Notes: generated by a model not told the origin, from the letters alone. Positions 19,145-28,807 are shown, counted from the stretch's first letter. The stretch: DNA of 64,000 nt from an uncultured archaeon (GCA_964508365.1 CAZDTP010000012.1:1-64000); one strand, 5' to 3'. Numbers and translations: made by a program.

Positions 19145-20602
19145 TTAGTTTTTATTAGATAGTGTACAATACAACGCAAAAACGAAGTAAGCTCCCATAG
19201 GAATCAATAGAATCCAAAATTCGCTTGGCAAGAAAATTTCGACTTGAAGAATCATCGAGATAAAGCTTATAATTAGAAAGCCCGTCCATATACTTAATAT
19301 ACGTGTATTTAGTGGTCTTTTAATGACAAAATGGTATATTATCGCAGCGATTGCATAAAGTATAATCACCATAAGCGGTATTGGAATCCAGAGTCCTTGT
19401 AACCAGAAGGTTAAAAACAACCCGCAAGGAAATAGAATGAAAAAATTGAGGTAATATAATATCCTTCTTGTTAAATCTTCTTGATGATCAATTTTATACC
19501 AGATTATTCCTAACCAAATAAATAGAATCCATGCAGTTACTAAATCGATTAGATCAAAAGGATCGAATGGAACATCCATTCCATAGTGAGTCCCCCAGTA
19601 AGCCGTGATCATCGCATATCCCAATATCTGGGTGAGCAAAATGTGATATGTCGATTTTCCGATTAAAGAAATTGTTCTCGAGATTTTTGCATTAGATGTA
19701 TTGCGTAAATAGTTAAGTGCAAGCAAGACTAGGAATGCGGAGTACGGAAAGACCAAAAAATGATAGTCTCCTCTTAGGAGAGGTGTGCCATTAAGCCTGA
19801 ATCGAAAGTCAAAAAATTGATAAGCAATTAGGTATACCAAGCTAATTGGAAATAATATCCACATGAAGCAATTTCTTTTTTCAGTAAGCTTATGACCAAA
19901 AGAAAACCACATTCCCAAACCTACTGCAGAAAGATAAAATAAGACGCTATTCATGAACAAGCTTAAGTAATGTGCTTCTTCCCAAGTTGTTATATCACCT
20001 ATAATGAAAAAAACAGTAATTTGCAGTACAATTTCCACGACAAAGGTTAAAATTAACGTTATTACTGGTTTTTTAGTAAAACCCCAATATAGTAATGGTA
20101 CGACGAGAATTGATTGCAATAAAACGGGGATGAACCAATTACCCGGTCCCCAAAAAGGCAGTATCAAATAAAACAGGTTAATAATTCCGTGTTCTGGGGA
20201 ATATTGAGTATCATACATTGCTATAAAATCGAATCCATACATAAATAAACCAATAAATGTTGATGCGGCATACAGAATAAGAAAAGGGACAATATAGCGT
20301 AAGATTTTCTTCTTAAAATAACTCCAAGAATATAATTGTTTTAATGATAAATCACCTTGTCCTCTAAAAGAATGCCCCATATTAAATCCAAGTATTACTA
20401 AAAAAACGGGTATGGAAATTCTTTCCCAGAGAGCGACCCCAATATCACTTTTGATGTTCCAAGAAACCATGTGATCAAAAATGACCAGAAATATCATTAC
20501 CGCTTTTAGAAAATCAATCTGAAAGAAAGGGGTTCGTTCTTCAAATCCTCTTGAAGAGGATAGTTCTTCTTGCTCAGCACTCTGAAATTTGAGATCATTC
20601 AT
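19145..20602 (-). CDS. Acyltransferase-3 (OafA-like) membrane protein
   Basis: IDFLKAVMIFLVIFDH, IPVFLVILG, WFIP, IGKSTYHILLTQ; many TM segments. Confidence 0.88.
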   Translation of the reverse strand: MNDLKFQSAEQEELSSSRGFEERTPFFQIDFLKAVMIFLVIFDHMVSWNIKSDIGVALWERISIPVFLVILGFNMGHSFRGQGDLSLKQLYSWSYFKKKILRYIVPFLILYAASTFIGLFMYGFDFIAMYDTQYSPEHGIINLFYLILPFWGPGNWFIPVLLQSILVVPLLYWGFTKKPVITLILTFVVEIVLQITVFFIIGDITTWEEAHYLSLFMNSVLFYLSAVGLGMWFSFGHKLTEKRNCFMWILFPISLVYLIAYQFFDFRFRLNGTPLLRGDYHFLVFPYSAFLVLLALNYLRNTSNAKISRTISLIGKSTYHILLTQILGYAMITAYWGTHYGMDVPFDPFDLIDLVTAWILFIWLGIIWYKIDHQEDLTRRILYYLNFFILFPCGLFLTFWLQGLWIPIPLMVIILYAIAAIIYHFVIKRPLNTRILSIWTGFLIISFISMILQVEIFLPSEFWILLIPMGAYFVFALYCTLSNKN

Positions 20603-20753
20603 CCTTTACATCATTAATTTTTCATTAGAAATTTTGTTAGAAATTTTATAATAACTTTTAACTACACCTAATTATTAACACTAAAGGAGTCCGATTTTTA
20701 GAATTTAAGAATATTTTAAAAAAAAAAAGATTGGATAAAAAATTAAATTGTTC

Positions 20754-21086
20754 TTAATAGATTCCAGCCGAACTTGAAGGAATCAAAAGAATGTCGTCGC
20801 CATTATGAAGATGATAATCACTTAATTGGTCAGCCTCGTCCATCGTAACACCACCAGAACTGAGGTGAAATTCGTCGGGATCAAGCCCGAATAGATTTCC
20901 AAGGGTTCTTTTTACATCACTCACCCGATTAGAGTCATTCACGGTCAACTTTTCCTTCTTTTCTCCCGGTCCTATAGTTGACATGAAGTAAAGGGTCGAC
21001 TTTTTACCTGTAGACGGTGTCTTGGAAGCAGGAGTTTTTGATTTAACGGGTTCATATTCATCATCTAAATCTTCTTCAAAACTCAT
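20754..21086 (-). CDS. Ubiquitin-like (beta-grasp) protein with acidic N-terminal extension
   Basis: LTVNDSNRVSDVKRTL...HLSSGGVTMDEADQLSDYHLHNGDDILLIPSSSAG-IY follows the ubiquitin pattern (LSDY..G..I.L..G). Confidence 0.8.
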   Translation of the reverse strand: MSFEEDLDDEYEPVKSKTPASKTPSTGKKSTLYFMSTIGPGEKKEKLTVNDSNRVSDVKRTLGNLFGLDPDEFHLSSGGVTMDEADQLSDYHLHNGDDILLIPSSSAGIY

Positions 21087-21255
21087 TCATATCACTCATT
21101 ATTTTATTTTGAGATTAATTCTATAGCGTTTGCTAACTAATATAAAACCCTTTGGAATGATTTTGAAGTATTTAACAAAAGTCTGTTATTAGCCTGGAAT
21201 ATTTTTAGCTATGAACTCTATTAAATCTTAAAAAAAATAAAAAAAAAAGGAAAGA

Positions 21256-22674
21256 TTAGAGCCCTAATTCTTTCAACCGATTTTTATTGGTTAAGGCTTG
21301 TTCTTTAGTTATCTTGTAAGTAAAGTAAATAATTAATGTGGCAAAAATATTTATCACCAAAGGAATTAAAGACATTTGAAGATTGAGCCCTTGTTTCACG
21401 ACAGGATCAGTAGCAGGAATAATACTGGCATCAAAACCAGTAATCGCTCCTACAATGGTAAATAATGCTACTTGGAAGAAATATGTAAAAGCAGTAAAAA
21501 CGCGTAATATTCCTAAGAAAGATCCTTCTTCACGCTTATTTGTATTGACAACAGTATTGTCAATCGCTTCTGCTCTTGCGAGAGTTGCAATAACGCCAAA
21601 ATTTGCAGCCGTAGGAATCCCAGCAATTGAAGTTACGAGGAATAACCCCTCAAAACTGGTAACAAAGAAAAACATTACATAAATGAATGTGTGTAAGGTT
21701 AAACTTATCAGATATGTTTTTCTGATGCCAATTTTCTTTGCAAACGTAGTCCATATCGGAGCAAATATAACGGTTAACACACCATATCCTAAACTTGGTA
21801 ATGCACCATATTCAATTGGCAAATTCAAATAATATATGATAAAATAATTCATGCCATAAAGCATGCAAGCTCCTGCAGTCCCCCATAATAGAAATGAGAA
21901 TATTAAACCGACCCATACTTTATCTTTAAACATTTTTTTTAGAACTTCCTTAAATGGAGAAGAGGTTCTTCCTGTTCGGTCTAATTCTGCTCTGAATTCT
22001 TTCCTTGCTTTACTTTCACGTATGCTTCTTATGTATGGAATAAATATCAAATATGCTATAATGACGAAGATAATAGTTCTTATTAAGTATGCCGGTTGGT
22101 TTAAAGCACCTCCAAAAATCGCTAGTAATATCGGGGAAATGACTGAAAAACTAATTGTTACTAAACCCCCAATCACAGCTCCATAAGCACTAGCTTTTCT
22201 TCGAGAAGAGTCTTCTCGGAATAAATCAGGATATAGTGAAACGTGATTTACTTCGAGGAGTGTTAGGAAACTTTCGTAAATTACCATCATAATTATTAAC
22301 CATATAGCATTCGTTACTACGGCTGATATATCTGCAACTTGAACAAAGGATAAGATTAAGAATATTGGTCCTATCAGTCCTCCAACTAGTATCCATAAAA
22401 AACGCTTACCAAATCTGGCAGTAAATTTTTTTGATCTATCAGCAAAATATCCAATAATTGGGTCATTAAAAGCATCTACGAGAGAATAAACCAAAAAAAT
22501 GAGAGTTACGATAATTTGAGGAATAAATAGCACAGAAGTCGCATAAAACTGCAGATTTCCCCACATCATGAATAATAGAGTCGTTACAGGTGCTTGCAGC
22601 GAAAAACCAATGACTTTTTTAATTGATATTTCTCCAAATCGTGTATCTGGTAAATCATCTGACATATAGTTCAC
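21256..22674 (-). CDS. MFS transporter, GPH (glycoside-pentoside-hexuronide) family
   Basis: DAFNDPIIGYFADR..RFGKR, REEGSF motifs; about 12 TM. Confidence 0.9.
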   Translation of the reverse strand: MNYMSDDLPDTRFGEISIKKVIGFSLQAPVTTLLFMMWGNLQFYATSVLFIPQIIVTLIFLVYSLVDAFNDPIIGYFADRSKKFTARFGKRFLWILVGGLIGPIFLILSFVQVADISAVVTNAIWLIIMMVIYESFLTLLEVNHVSLYPDLFREDSSRRKASAYGAVIGGLVTISFSVISPILLAIFGGALNQPAYLIRTIIFVIIAYLIFIPYIRSIRESKARKEFRAELDRTGRTSSPFKEVLKKMFKDKVWVGLIFSFLLWGTAGACMLYGMNYFIIYYLNLPIEYGALPSLGYGVLTVIFAPIWTTFAKKIGIRKTYLISLTLHTFIYVMFFFVTSFEGLFLVTSIAGIPTAANFGVIATLARAEAIDNTVVNTNKREEGSFLGILRVFTAFTYFFQVALFTIVGAITGFDASIIPATDPVVKQGLNLQMSLIPLVINIFATLIIYFTYKITKEQALTNKNRLKELGL

Positions 22675-22786
22675 TTTTTAAATATTTAAAATATTTTTTA
22701 GTTAAAAATTAGATAAACTAATATATAAAGTTTAAATTTCCAGAAAGTTTTAAATGAAAGAATTCTATTGGAATTAACTTTTGGTT

Positions 22787-22939
22787 TTAATCAGGGATAT
22801 GTATTGAATGATCTTCTTTGATATAATATAGAAAGATCTTAGTCTTAGCCTCCTCAACTCCAGGCATATTACGGCGTTTTTCAATAAGATTCATAGAATC
22901 ATGATGATTTAGATATTTTGCCATAGAGAATATTGGATA
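22787..22939 (-). pseudogene. Orphan 3' end of an Lrp/AsnC gene, diverged copy
   Basis: YPIFSMAKYLNHHDSMNLIEKRRNMPGVEEAKTKIFLYYIKEDHSIHIPD*: 33/50 aa identical to the C-terminus of 28073..28558. Confidence 0.88.
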
Positions 22940-23085
22940 TTATAAAGATACGATAATTTTAAAAAAAATATATCGAGTGTTAAACATTTGGTTTTATTGA
23001 TTAAAATGATTCACCTATATTACTAATTTCAACAAAAAGACTCCTTCTTTAAGAAATTTTCTTAGCCATATAAGGTAATTTTACC

Positions 23086-24018
23086 TTACAATGGAAAATA
23101 AAGTTTAGATAATGGATGATCCTCAGAATCGAATTTGTTTTTAAAGTTCATTTTTGAGTTTCTACGTATCATTGCGTCCACTATCGCAGTTGAAGGAAAT
23201 ATATACTCTGCTTTTTCTAAAGTGCCATAAATAATGAAATCAGTACCCATAGCTAATGCTAAAGAAACCCCAGCCGCTTCACAAGCTCCTTTAAAATTTC
23301 CCTTGAAAATCTCATTTTTAATACACCATCTCCCTATTACTCCCACTGGAGCTGTTCCCGTAGGTAACCCAAATTCTTCCTTTAATCTATAAATATTTCT
23401 TGAAGCGACCCCTATAGTGGGAATTTCAAACACACTAGTGAAGAGTAGCAATTTTTTTAAGCCAGCTCTTTGAGCTTTTTCGATTAAACCCTCCTCTTTA
23501 TCCTTTCCTTTAAGTATATCGATTAAACCTGCAATTCGGGGATTTCTTGGATTAAATGATTGAATTATCGCGGATTCAACATTACATTCTAAGATGCCAT
23601 TAAGTTCTTCTTCTGTAAGTGTGTAATTAATTGAGGTGTAGATCGCTCTATTATTTAAACCAATTTCCCTAATAAATTTCATTAGGTTTATTCTTATTTC
23701 CGAAGAAACAGCATTCAATAAAAATGGGTCCGTTGATATTTCTGCAACAAATTGGACATATTTCTGGAGAGCGAGTTCACTTGTTCCGGCTATATCGAGC
23801 ATACATGGATTTCCAGATTGATCGGAGAGTTCCTTTTGCATATATATTAACTCTTCAGTTTTTTTCTTATCAAATAAACCTTTCTTCTCATCTTTTACCT
23901 TTTTATCTCCTTGATGAAATATACTCCCAATCAATACGGTGGGATTTTCTCCAACTGTTCCTCCAAGTTTAATTCCGTCTATATCTAACACTTGCTGTTC
24001 TTTTCTAAAATTTATCAT
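23086..24018 (-). CDS. mtrH: MtrH-family methyltransferase (H4MPT/THF), stand-alone
   Basis: GGTVGENPTVLIGSIFHQG, NPCMLD, MGTDFIIYG motifs. Confidence 0.8.
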   Translation of the reverse strand: MINFRKEQQVLDIDGIKLGGTVGENPTVLIGSIFHQGDKKVKDEKKGLFDKKKTEELIYMQKELSDQSGNPCMLDIAGTSELALQKYVQFVAEISTDPFLLNAVSSEIRINLMKFIREIGLNNRAIYTSINYTLTEEELNGILECNVESAIIQSFNPRNPRIAGLIDILKGKDKEEGLIEKAQRAGLKKLLLFTSVFEIPTIGVASRNIYRLKEEFGLPTGTAPVGVIGRWCIKNEIFKGNFKGACEAAGVSLALAMGTDFIIYGTLEKAEYIFPSTAIVDAMIRRNSKMNFKNKFDSEDHPLSKLYFPL

Positions 24019-24117
24019 TTTACTGACCTAATACGAAATTGTAATTTCAAATATAAAAATATCATAATATTAATTAATTTTATTCAATCCTTTGAATATC
24101 TATTGATATGATCGGAA

Positions 24118-24408
24118 TTAAGTTTTAAAGTCTATAATTCTCGAGCCGTGAAATAATCTTACTATTTGAATTTTTTTTCCTAAAATTCTATAAATGATAC
24201 GATAATTTCTTAAGATTAATTTTCGAATATTAGGTTCATCGAGCTCGGGCATTATTTTTCCCATTTTCGGAAACTAAATTAAATTTTCAACTTTCTCACG
24301 TACTTGTTCATAAAACGAAAGAGCATATTCAAGTGAGTCTTGAACAATATTATCAATAATCTCAATCAAATCATTTTCTGCTTTTAATGACCATTCTATT
24401 TCAGCCAT
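24118..24408 (-). pseudogene. RelE/ParE toxin interrupted by an in-frame TAG (codon 45, 24276..24274)
   Basis: MAEIEWSLKAENDLIEIIDNI...ENLI*FPKMGKIMPELDEPNIRKLILRNYRIIYRI...IVRLFHGSR. The start overlaps the antitoxin end. Confidence 0.9.
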
Positions 24409-24596
24409 TGTTCCAATCTCTTTTTAGCATTTTCCATGACTTGTTCGTGAGGAAGTACTCTACTTTGCTCAATATCTTCAATACCGGAGATGATCTTTTT
24501 TTTTACATAAAGATGATACATAATATCATCAATTTTAGCATTTTCTGGCAATTTTTTTATCAATTCTATAATCTCTTCCTTAAGATTAGAAGTCAT
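24396..24596 (-). CDS. Putative type II antitoxin
   Basis: 66 aa (LPENAKIDDIMYHLYV..I..GIEDIEQSRVLPHEQV), directly upstream of and overlapping the RelE/ParE pseudogene. Confidence 0.85.
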   Translation of the reverse strand: MTSNLKEEIIELIKKLPENAKIDDIMYHLYVKKKIISGIEDIEQSRVLPHEQVMENAKKRLEQWLK

Positions 24597-24697
24597 AGTT
24601 TCTCACTATCTAAATAACTATTTTCCCTTTTATAATTTCTCTAAAGCTGAATAGGTTCATTAAATTGAACTCAAACTCTACAAATTACCAAACTATA

Positions 24698-24868
24698 TTA
24701 GGATTTTTGCTCTGGAATTATAATCGTGTGATCTTCTTTTATGCTATCCAAGACCAATTGAGTTTTTACCTCCTCTACTTCTGGAAGATTACGAAGGTTC
24801 TCGATAAGATTCATTCAATCATTGTGATCTAAACATTTAGCCATTATAAATATGGGATAATCTCCCGT
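24698..24868 (-). pseudogene. Orphan 3' end of an Lrp/AsnC gene, close copy
   Basis: TGDYPIFIMAKCLDHND*MNLIENLRNLPEVEEVKTQLVLDSIKEDHTIIIPEQKS*: 25 nt differences in 171 versus 28073..28243. Confidence 0.95.
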
Positions 24869-25022
24869 GAGTAAAAAAGATAGTTAAAGTTGTTAATGTT
24901 AACAGTACTATAGATTTTTATCCCCCTGATTTAGGAATGAAGATATAAAAGTCATCATAAAATGAAAAAAAAAATAAAGAAGTTATTATGGACTGAGTTG
25001 TTGCTCCATGAAGAATCAAAGT

Positions 25023-27761
25023 TTATTCCGTCCTTTTTTTTAAAAAGAACATTATTACTGCGATAATGATCAGGGAAACCACGCTAACCAAACTGATTAT
25101 CAAGCCGAGCATAAAGACAGGATCTAAAGCACCATCTTGCGGTATTTTTCCGGGATAATCGTTCGGATTCAGGGGATCGGTTCCTGATGCCAGCTCAATA
25201 CCATCATAGTGCCCATCATCGTCCGAATCGTCATCGAGTGGATCCGTGCCGTACTTGATTTCAAACGCATCATTCAGGTTATCTAAATCGGTATCAATCA
25301 TCGTTGGGTCGGTTCCATGGCTGAGTTCATCGAGATCATCAAGCCCGTCATAATCGCAATCTCCAATGGTTATACCTAATAAATCAATGACCGCTTGGAT
25401 GGCATCAATATCACCTGTAAGGGTGTCATTAATTTGACTTAAATAAACCTCATTTTGCTGGGCCAACGCAAGAACGGTCTGAATGAGAGTGGCATTTCCT
25501 TCCACGTAGGAAATGATATCCATTAACTGGGTGGCATTTCCTTTGATATAGGTGAAGAGGAGATTGATTTCGCTATTAGCCTCTCCAAGCCACCCGATCA
25601 CTTGCTGTAGTAGCGTGGCATTCTGCTTTAACTGAAAAATGATGTTATCAAGTAGAGTGGTATTTCCTTCTGTCCATTCAATCAAGTTTTGGATTAAAGT
25701 CCAGTTCCCAGCCAAGTCTGTTACCACATCCATGAGGATCGTCGCATTTCCTTCAAGGTATGTGAAGAGTAGGTCAATCTCGTCATTGGCATCTCCAAGC
25801 CAACCGATCACTTGTTGAAGTAAAGTGGCATTTTGCTCTAACTGATATATAATGGTATCGATGAGACTTGCATTTCCATTGGTCCAATCTATTACTTTTT
25901 GGAGAAGCGTCCAGTTGCCTTCTAGATATAGCATGAGAGCATCAAAATCGTTCTTCCAAATCTTCGGAAAATCATCGGAATTTGTCGCACTGCTGCCATA
26001 CTCAAGTTCATAGCCATCTAAGAAATTATCACCATCAGTATCTACTGAAAAAGGATTAGTGCCCAATAATAATTCAATGCTATCCAGTAATCCATCCCCG
26101 TCCCAATCAAAGTCTTCGGGAGAAATAAAAAAGTTTTCAAAAATGTAGTTATCAGTTGTATTACCTTCAAATTCTTTATCATTATCCCATATCCAATTTC
26201 TATAGAGAATATTATGTTCTGAATCTTGAAAATCCACAGCAATTTGATTATTGGCTAAAATATTTCTAGTTATGGTACTATAATTGCTGTATTCCAAGAA
26301 AATACCTTTATCCCCATTCGAACTGCAATTATTCTCCAAAACCGTGTTATATTCTGAAGTATATAAGTAAATGCCATGCTCTCCATTCGAAGTGCAGTCA
26401 TTATTCGAGAACATGTTATAATTACTCGACGAATAGAAACAAATCCCGTAACATCCAATTGAGGAGCAATTATTCCTTGAGATCGTATTATTGTTAGATG
26501 AGTATGCGGAAATCCCGTGATCTTTTGAAGAACAGTTGTTCCCCGAAATCTTATTGTTGTCCGAGAGAATTAATCTAATCCCGACATTATTATTCGAAGT
26601 ACAGTCATTTTTCGAAACCGTATTATAATTACTCGAGGAATACATATGAATCCCACAAATTTCGTTTGAAGTACAATCGTTTCCCGAAACCGTGTTATTG
26701 TTCGAAGAATCTAAGTAAATTCCTTCATCATTCGAAGTGCATATGTTCTCTGAGATCGTGTTATTACTCGAGGAATGAACATAAATTCCCTGATAATTCG
26801 AGGAGCAGTTATTCTCCGAGATCATGTTATTATTACTCGACAGGGGGTAAATTCCCCTGTAATTCGAAGAGCAGTTATTTCTCGAGACTTCGTTATCGCT
26901 CGCGCTTTGAAAGAGAATACCATTTTCACTATTTGATGAGCAAGTGTTCATTGAGATCTCGTTATTGGTCGACCCATCTACTGCAATCCCAGTATGTCCA
27001 TTCAAGGAGAATATGTTCCTTGAGATCGTGTTATTGCTGGATCCAGATACCACGATTCCCCAATTCAAATTCAAGGAGCAGTTGTTCCCCAATATGTATA
27101 TTTTATTCGAGGTATATACATAAATTGCATGACTATCATTCGAAGTGCATTTGTTCTCTGAGATCGTGTTATTGCTCGAAGATTGTAATAAAATCCCAAC
27201 ACTATTTGAAGTGCATGTGTTCTCTGAGATCGTATTATCATAGCTTGAATTCCTCAGATAAATTCCTAAGTAATTCGATGAGCAGTTATTTCCCGAGATC
27301 ACTATATTAGTCGAAGCTTGCAAGTAAATCCCATCTTGATTATCATGAATGGTATTATTATAGATTATAGCATTTCTACTATTTTGTAGATGAATTCCCG
27401 CATCATAAATATCCGTTCCAGAGTTGAAAAGCGTGCAGTTTTTAATTACAAAATATACCGTTGTTCCAGAAATATATAAACACGATCCCATCCCTTCCGC
27501 GTCAATCGTCCAGTTGGCGATGATATACGGATCATTCTCCGATCCATCTCCCCCTACAACACCGTTTTCAGTGGTAAATCCAGAATTGCTCGAGATTAGT
27601 ATGGGAGCGTGGGTAAGACCACTGATTTTCAGATTGCGATTAAAAGGCAAGGAGTAAGTATCTATAGTTTCTCTTGTAATATCATTCCCAAAGTCCCAGA
27701 TGAAGGTAAGTAAACCGAAAAAGATTAATCCACCGAGTAAAATGATTTTCATTTTTTTCAT
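25023..27761 (-). CDS. Surface protein: PbH1 beta-helix, DxDxDG Ca-binding repeats, 14-residue-repeat stalk, C-terminal TM
   Basis: 22-aa N.CSSN..GI repeats; DWDGDG/DTDGDN/DSDDDG motifs; twelve 14-aa units with a 210-bp higher-order repeat. Confidence 0.88.
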   Translation of the reverse strand: MKKMKIILLGGLIFFGLLTFIWDFGNDITRETIDTYSLPFNRNLKISGLTHAPILISSNSGFTTENGVVGGDGSENDPYIIANWTIDAEGMGSCLYISGTTVYFVIKNCTLFNSGTDIYDAGIHLQNSRNAIIYNNTIHDNQDGIYLQASTNIVISGNNCSSNYLGIYLRNSSYDNTISENTCTSNSVGILLQSSSNNTISENKCTSNDSHAIYVYTSNKIYILGNNCSLNLNWGIVVSGSSNNTISRNIFSLNGHTGIAVDGSTNNEISMNTCSSNSENGILFQSASDNEVSRNNCSSNYRGIYPLSSNNNMISENNCSSNYQGIYVHSSSNNTISENICTSNDEGIYLDSSNNNTVSGNDCTSNEICGIHMYSSSNYNTVSKNDCTSNNNVGIRLILSDNNKISGNNCSSKDHGISAYSSNNNTISRNNCSSIGCYGICFYSSSNYNMFSNNDCTSNGEHGIYLYTSEYNTVLENNCSSNGDKGIFLEYSNYSTITRNILANNQIAVDFQDSEHNILYRNWIWDNDKEFEGNTTDNYIFENFFISPEDFDWDGDGLLDSIELLLGTNPFSVDTDGDNFLDGYELEYGSSATNSDDFPKIWKNDFDALMLYLEGNWTLLQKVIDWTNGNASLIDTIIYQLEQNATLLQQVIGWLGDANDEIDLLFTYLEGNATILMDVVTDLAGNWTLIQNLIEWTEGNTTLLDNIIFQLKQNATLLQQVIGWLGEANSEINLLFTYIKGNATQLMDIISYVEGNATLIQTVLALAQQNEVYLSQINDTLTGDIDAIQAVIDLLGITIGDCDYDGLDDLDELSHGTDPTMIDTDLDNLNDAFEIKYGTDPLDDDSDDDGHYDGIELASGTDPLNPNDYPGKIPQDGALDPVFMLGLIISLVSVVSLIIIAVIMFFLKKRTE

Positions 27762-28072
27762 TTTTTCATCTCATTTTTCCATTGTTGTTTAATTTTCTAA
27801 TTCTTGAGAAGAATTATTCTTACATACTATTTAACTTCTTGAGGAAATCAAAATTCATTACGGGTAATGTAAATGTTAAAAAAAGACAGATCAGAAATGT
27901 TTTTGCATATTTCTTCCTTAAGAGATTAATTAGTTTAATTTTTAGCACCAGTTAATTGTTTGATTTTTGTCAAAAAATCTAAATGAAATTAAGAAAGTAT
28001 TGTATATAAATAGTAACTAATCTTACTTTGACAATCAAGACTGCAAATTATCTATTAAAATTTAGATGTGAT

Positions 28073-28558
28073 TTATGATTTTTGCTCAGGAATGATTATA
28101 GTGTGGTCTTCTTTAATTCTATCCAAGACAAGTTGAGTCTTTACTTCTTCTACTTCTGGAAGATTGCGAAGATTTTCTATAAGATTCATTGAATCATTAT
28201 GGTCTAAGCATTTAGCCATAATAAAGATAGGATAGTCTCCCGTAATAATATAAGCGTATTTAATTTGATTCATTCGTTCGATTTCTTCTTTAATTTGCTC
28301 AAGAGGTCGCCTTGAATTAACTCTGAGCGATGCCATCACCATTTCACGATATCCTAATTTTCGACAATCAATGATAGCCATGTATTTTTTAATTAGAGTT
28401 TCTTCTAATTTTTGAATTCTAGTTCGAATAGCTGTTTGACTCATATCTGTCTTTTCAGCTACTTCCCGAATGGTCATTTTACCATCTTCTTGTAATAATT
28501 CTAAAATTCGTTTATCAACATTATCTATGTTACCATTTGTCAAGCTTACTGATACCAT
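28073..28558 (-). CDS. Lrp/AsnC family transcriptional regulator
   Basis: DNVDKRILELLQEDGKMTIREVAEKTDMS..AIRTRIQKLE HTH, followed by a RAM domain (ITGDYP). Confidence 0.92.
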   Translation of the reverse strand: MVSVSLTNGNIDNVDKRILELLQEDGKMTIREVAEKTDMSQTAIRTRIQKLEETLIKKYMAIIDCRKLGYREMVMASLRVNSRRPLEQIKEEIERMNQIKYAYIITGDYPIFIMAKCLDHNDSMNLIENLRNLPEVEEVKTQLVLDRIKEDHTIIIPEQKS

Positions 28559-28807
28559 TTAATTTTCACTTTAAATCTGTTCTTAATCTTGTTCTCTAAT
28601 ACTTAAATTAGTTTAACTTTTATAAAAATTTTTTCACTAATAATTCTAATTCTGTTAGTTTTTTTAATAACTTAAATACGATTCTTTTAAATTAAAAAAC
28701 TATGATTTAAATAACAAGTTATATTTTTATTTAGTAAAGAATACCAGAATAGTTTTTTTATGGTATTAAAACAAGAAAAACAAAAAAAAAAACTAAAGTG
28801 AAAAAAA
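28559..28807. promoter_or_regulatory. Divergent promoter region between lrp and the tusA-dsr-hdr operon
   Basis: 249-bp AT-rich gap between divergent starts, with TATA-like boxes such as TTTTATAAAA near 28617. Exact elements not resolved. Confidence 0.45.

Noticed and set aside
24274-24276. Pyrrolysine or readthrough explanation for in-frame TAG codons (here and 42506..42508)
   Set aside because: No pyl genes are in the window, TAG serves as an ordinary stop elsewhere (e.g. 24396), and the second case is also truncated. Nonsense mutation is simpler.
26300-27310. Regular 66-bp-period repeats (GAGATCGTGTTATT...TCGA) resembling a CRISPR array
   Set aside because: They are degenerate, in-frame 22-aa PbH1 repeats of the 912-aa ORF. 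There are no unique spacers, leader or cas genes. The overlapping Cys/Ser-rich ORF 26666..27310 is a shadow frame.
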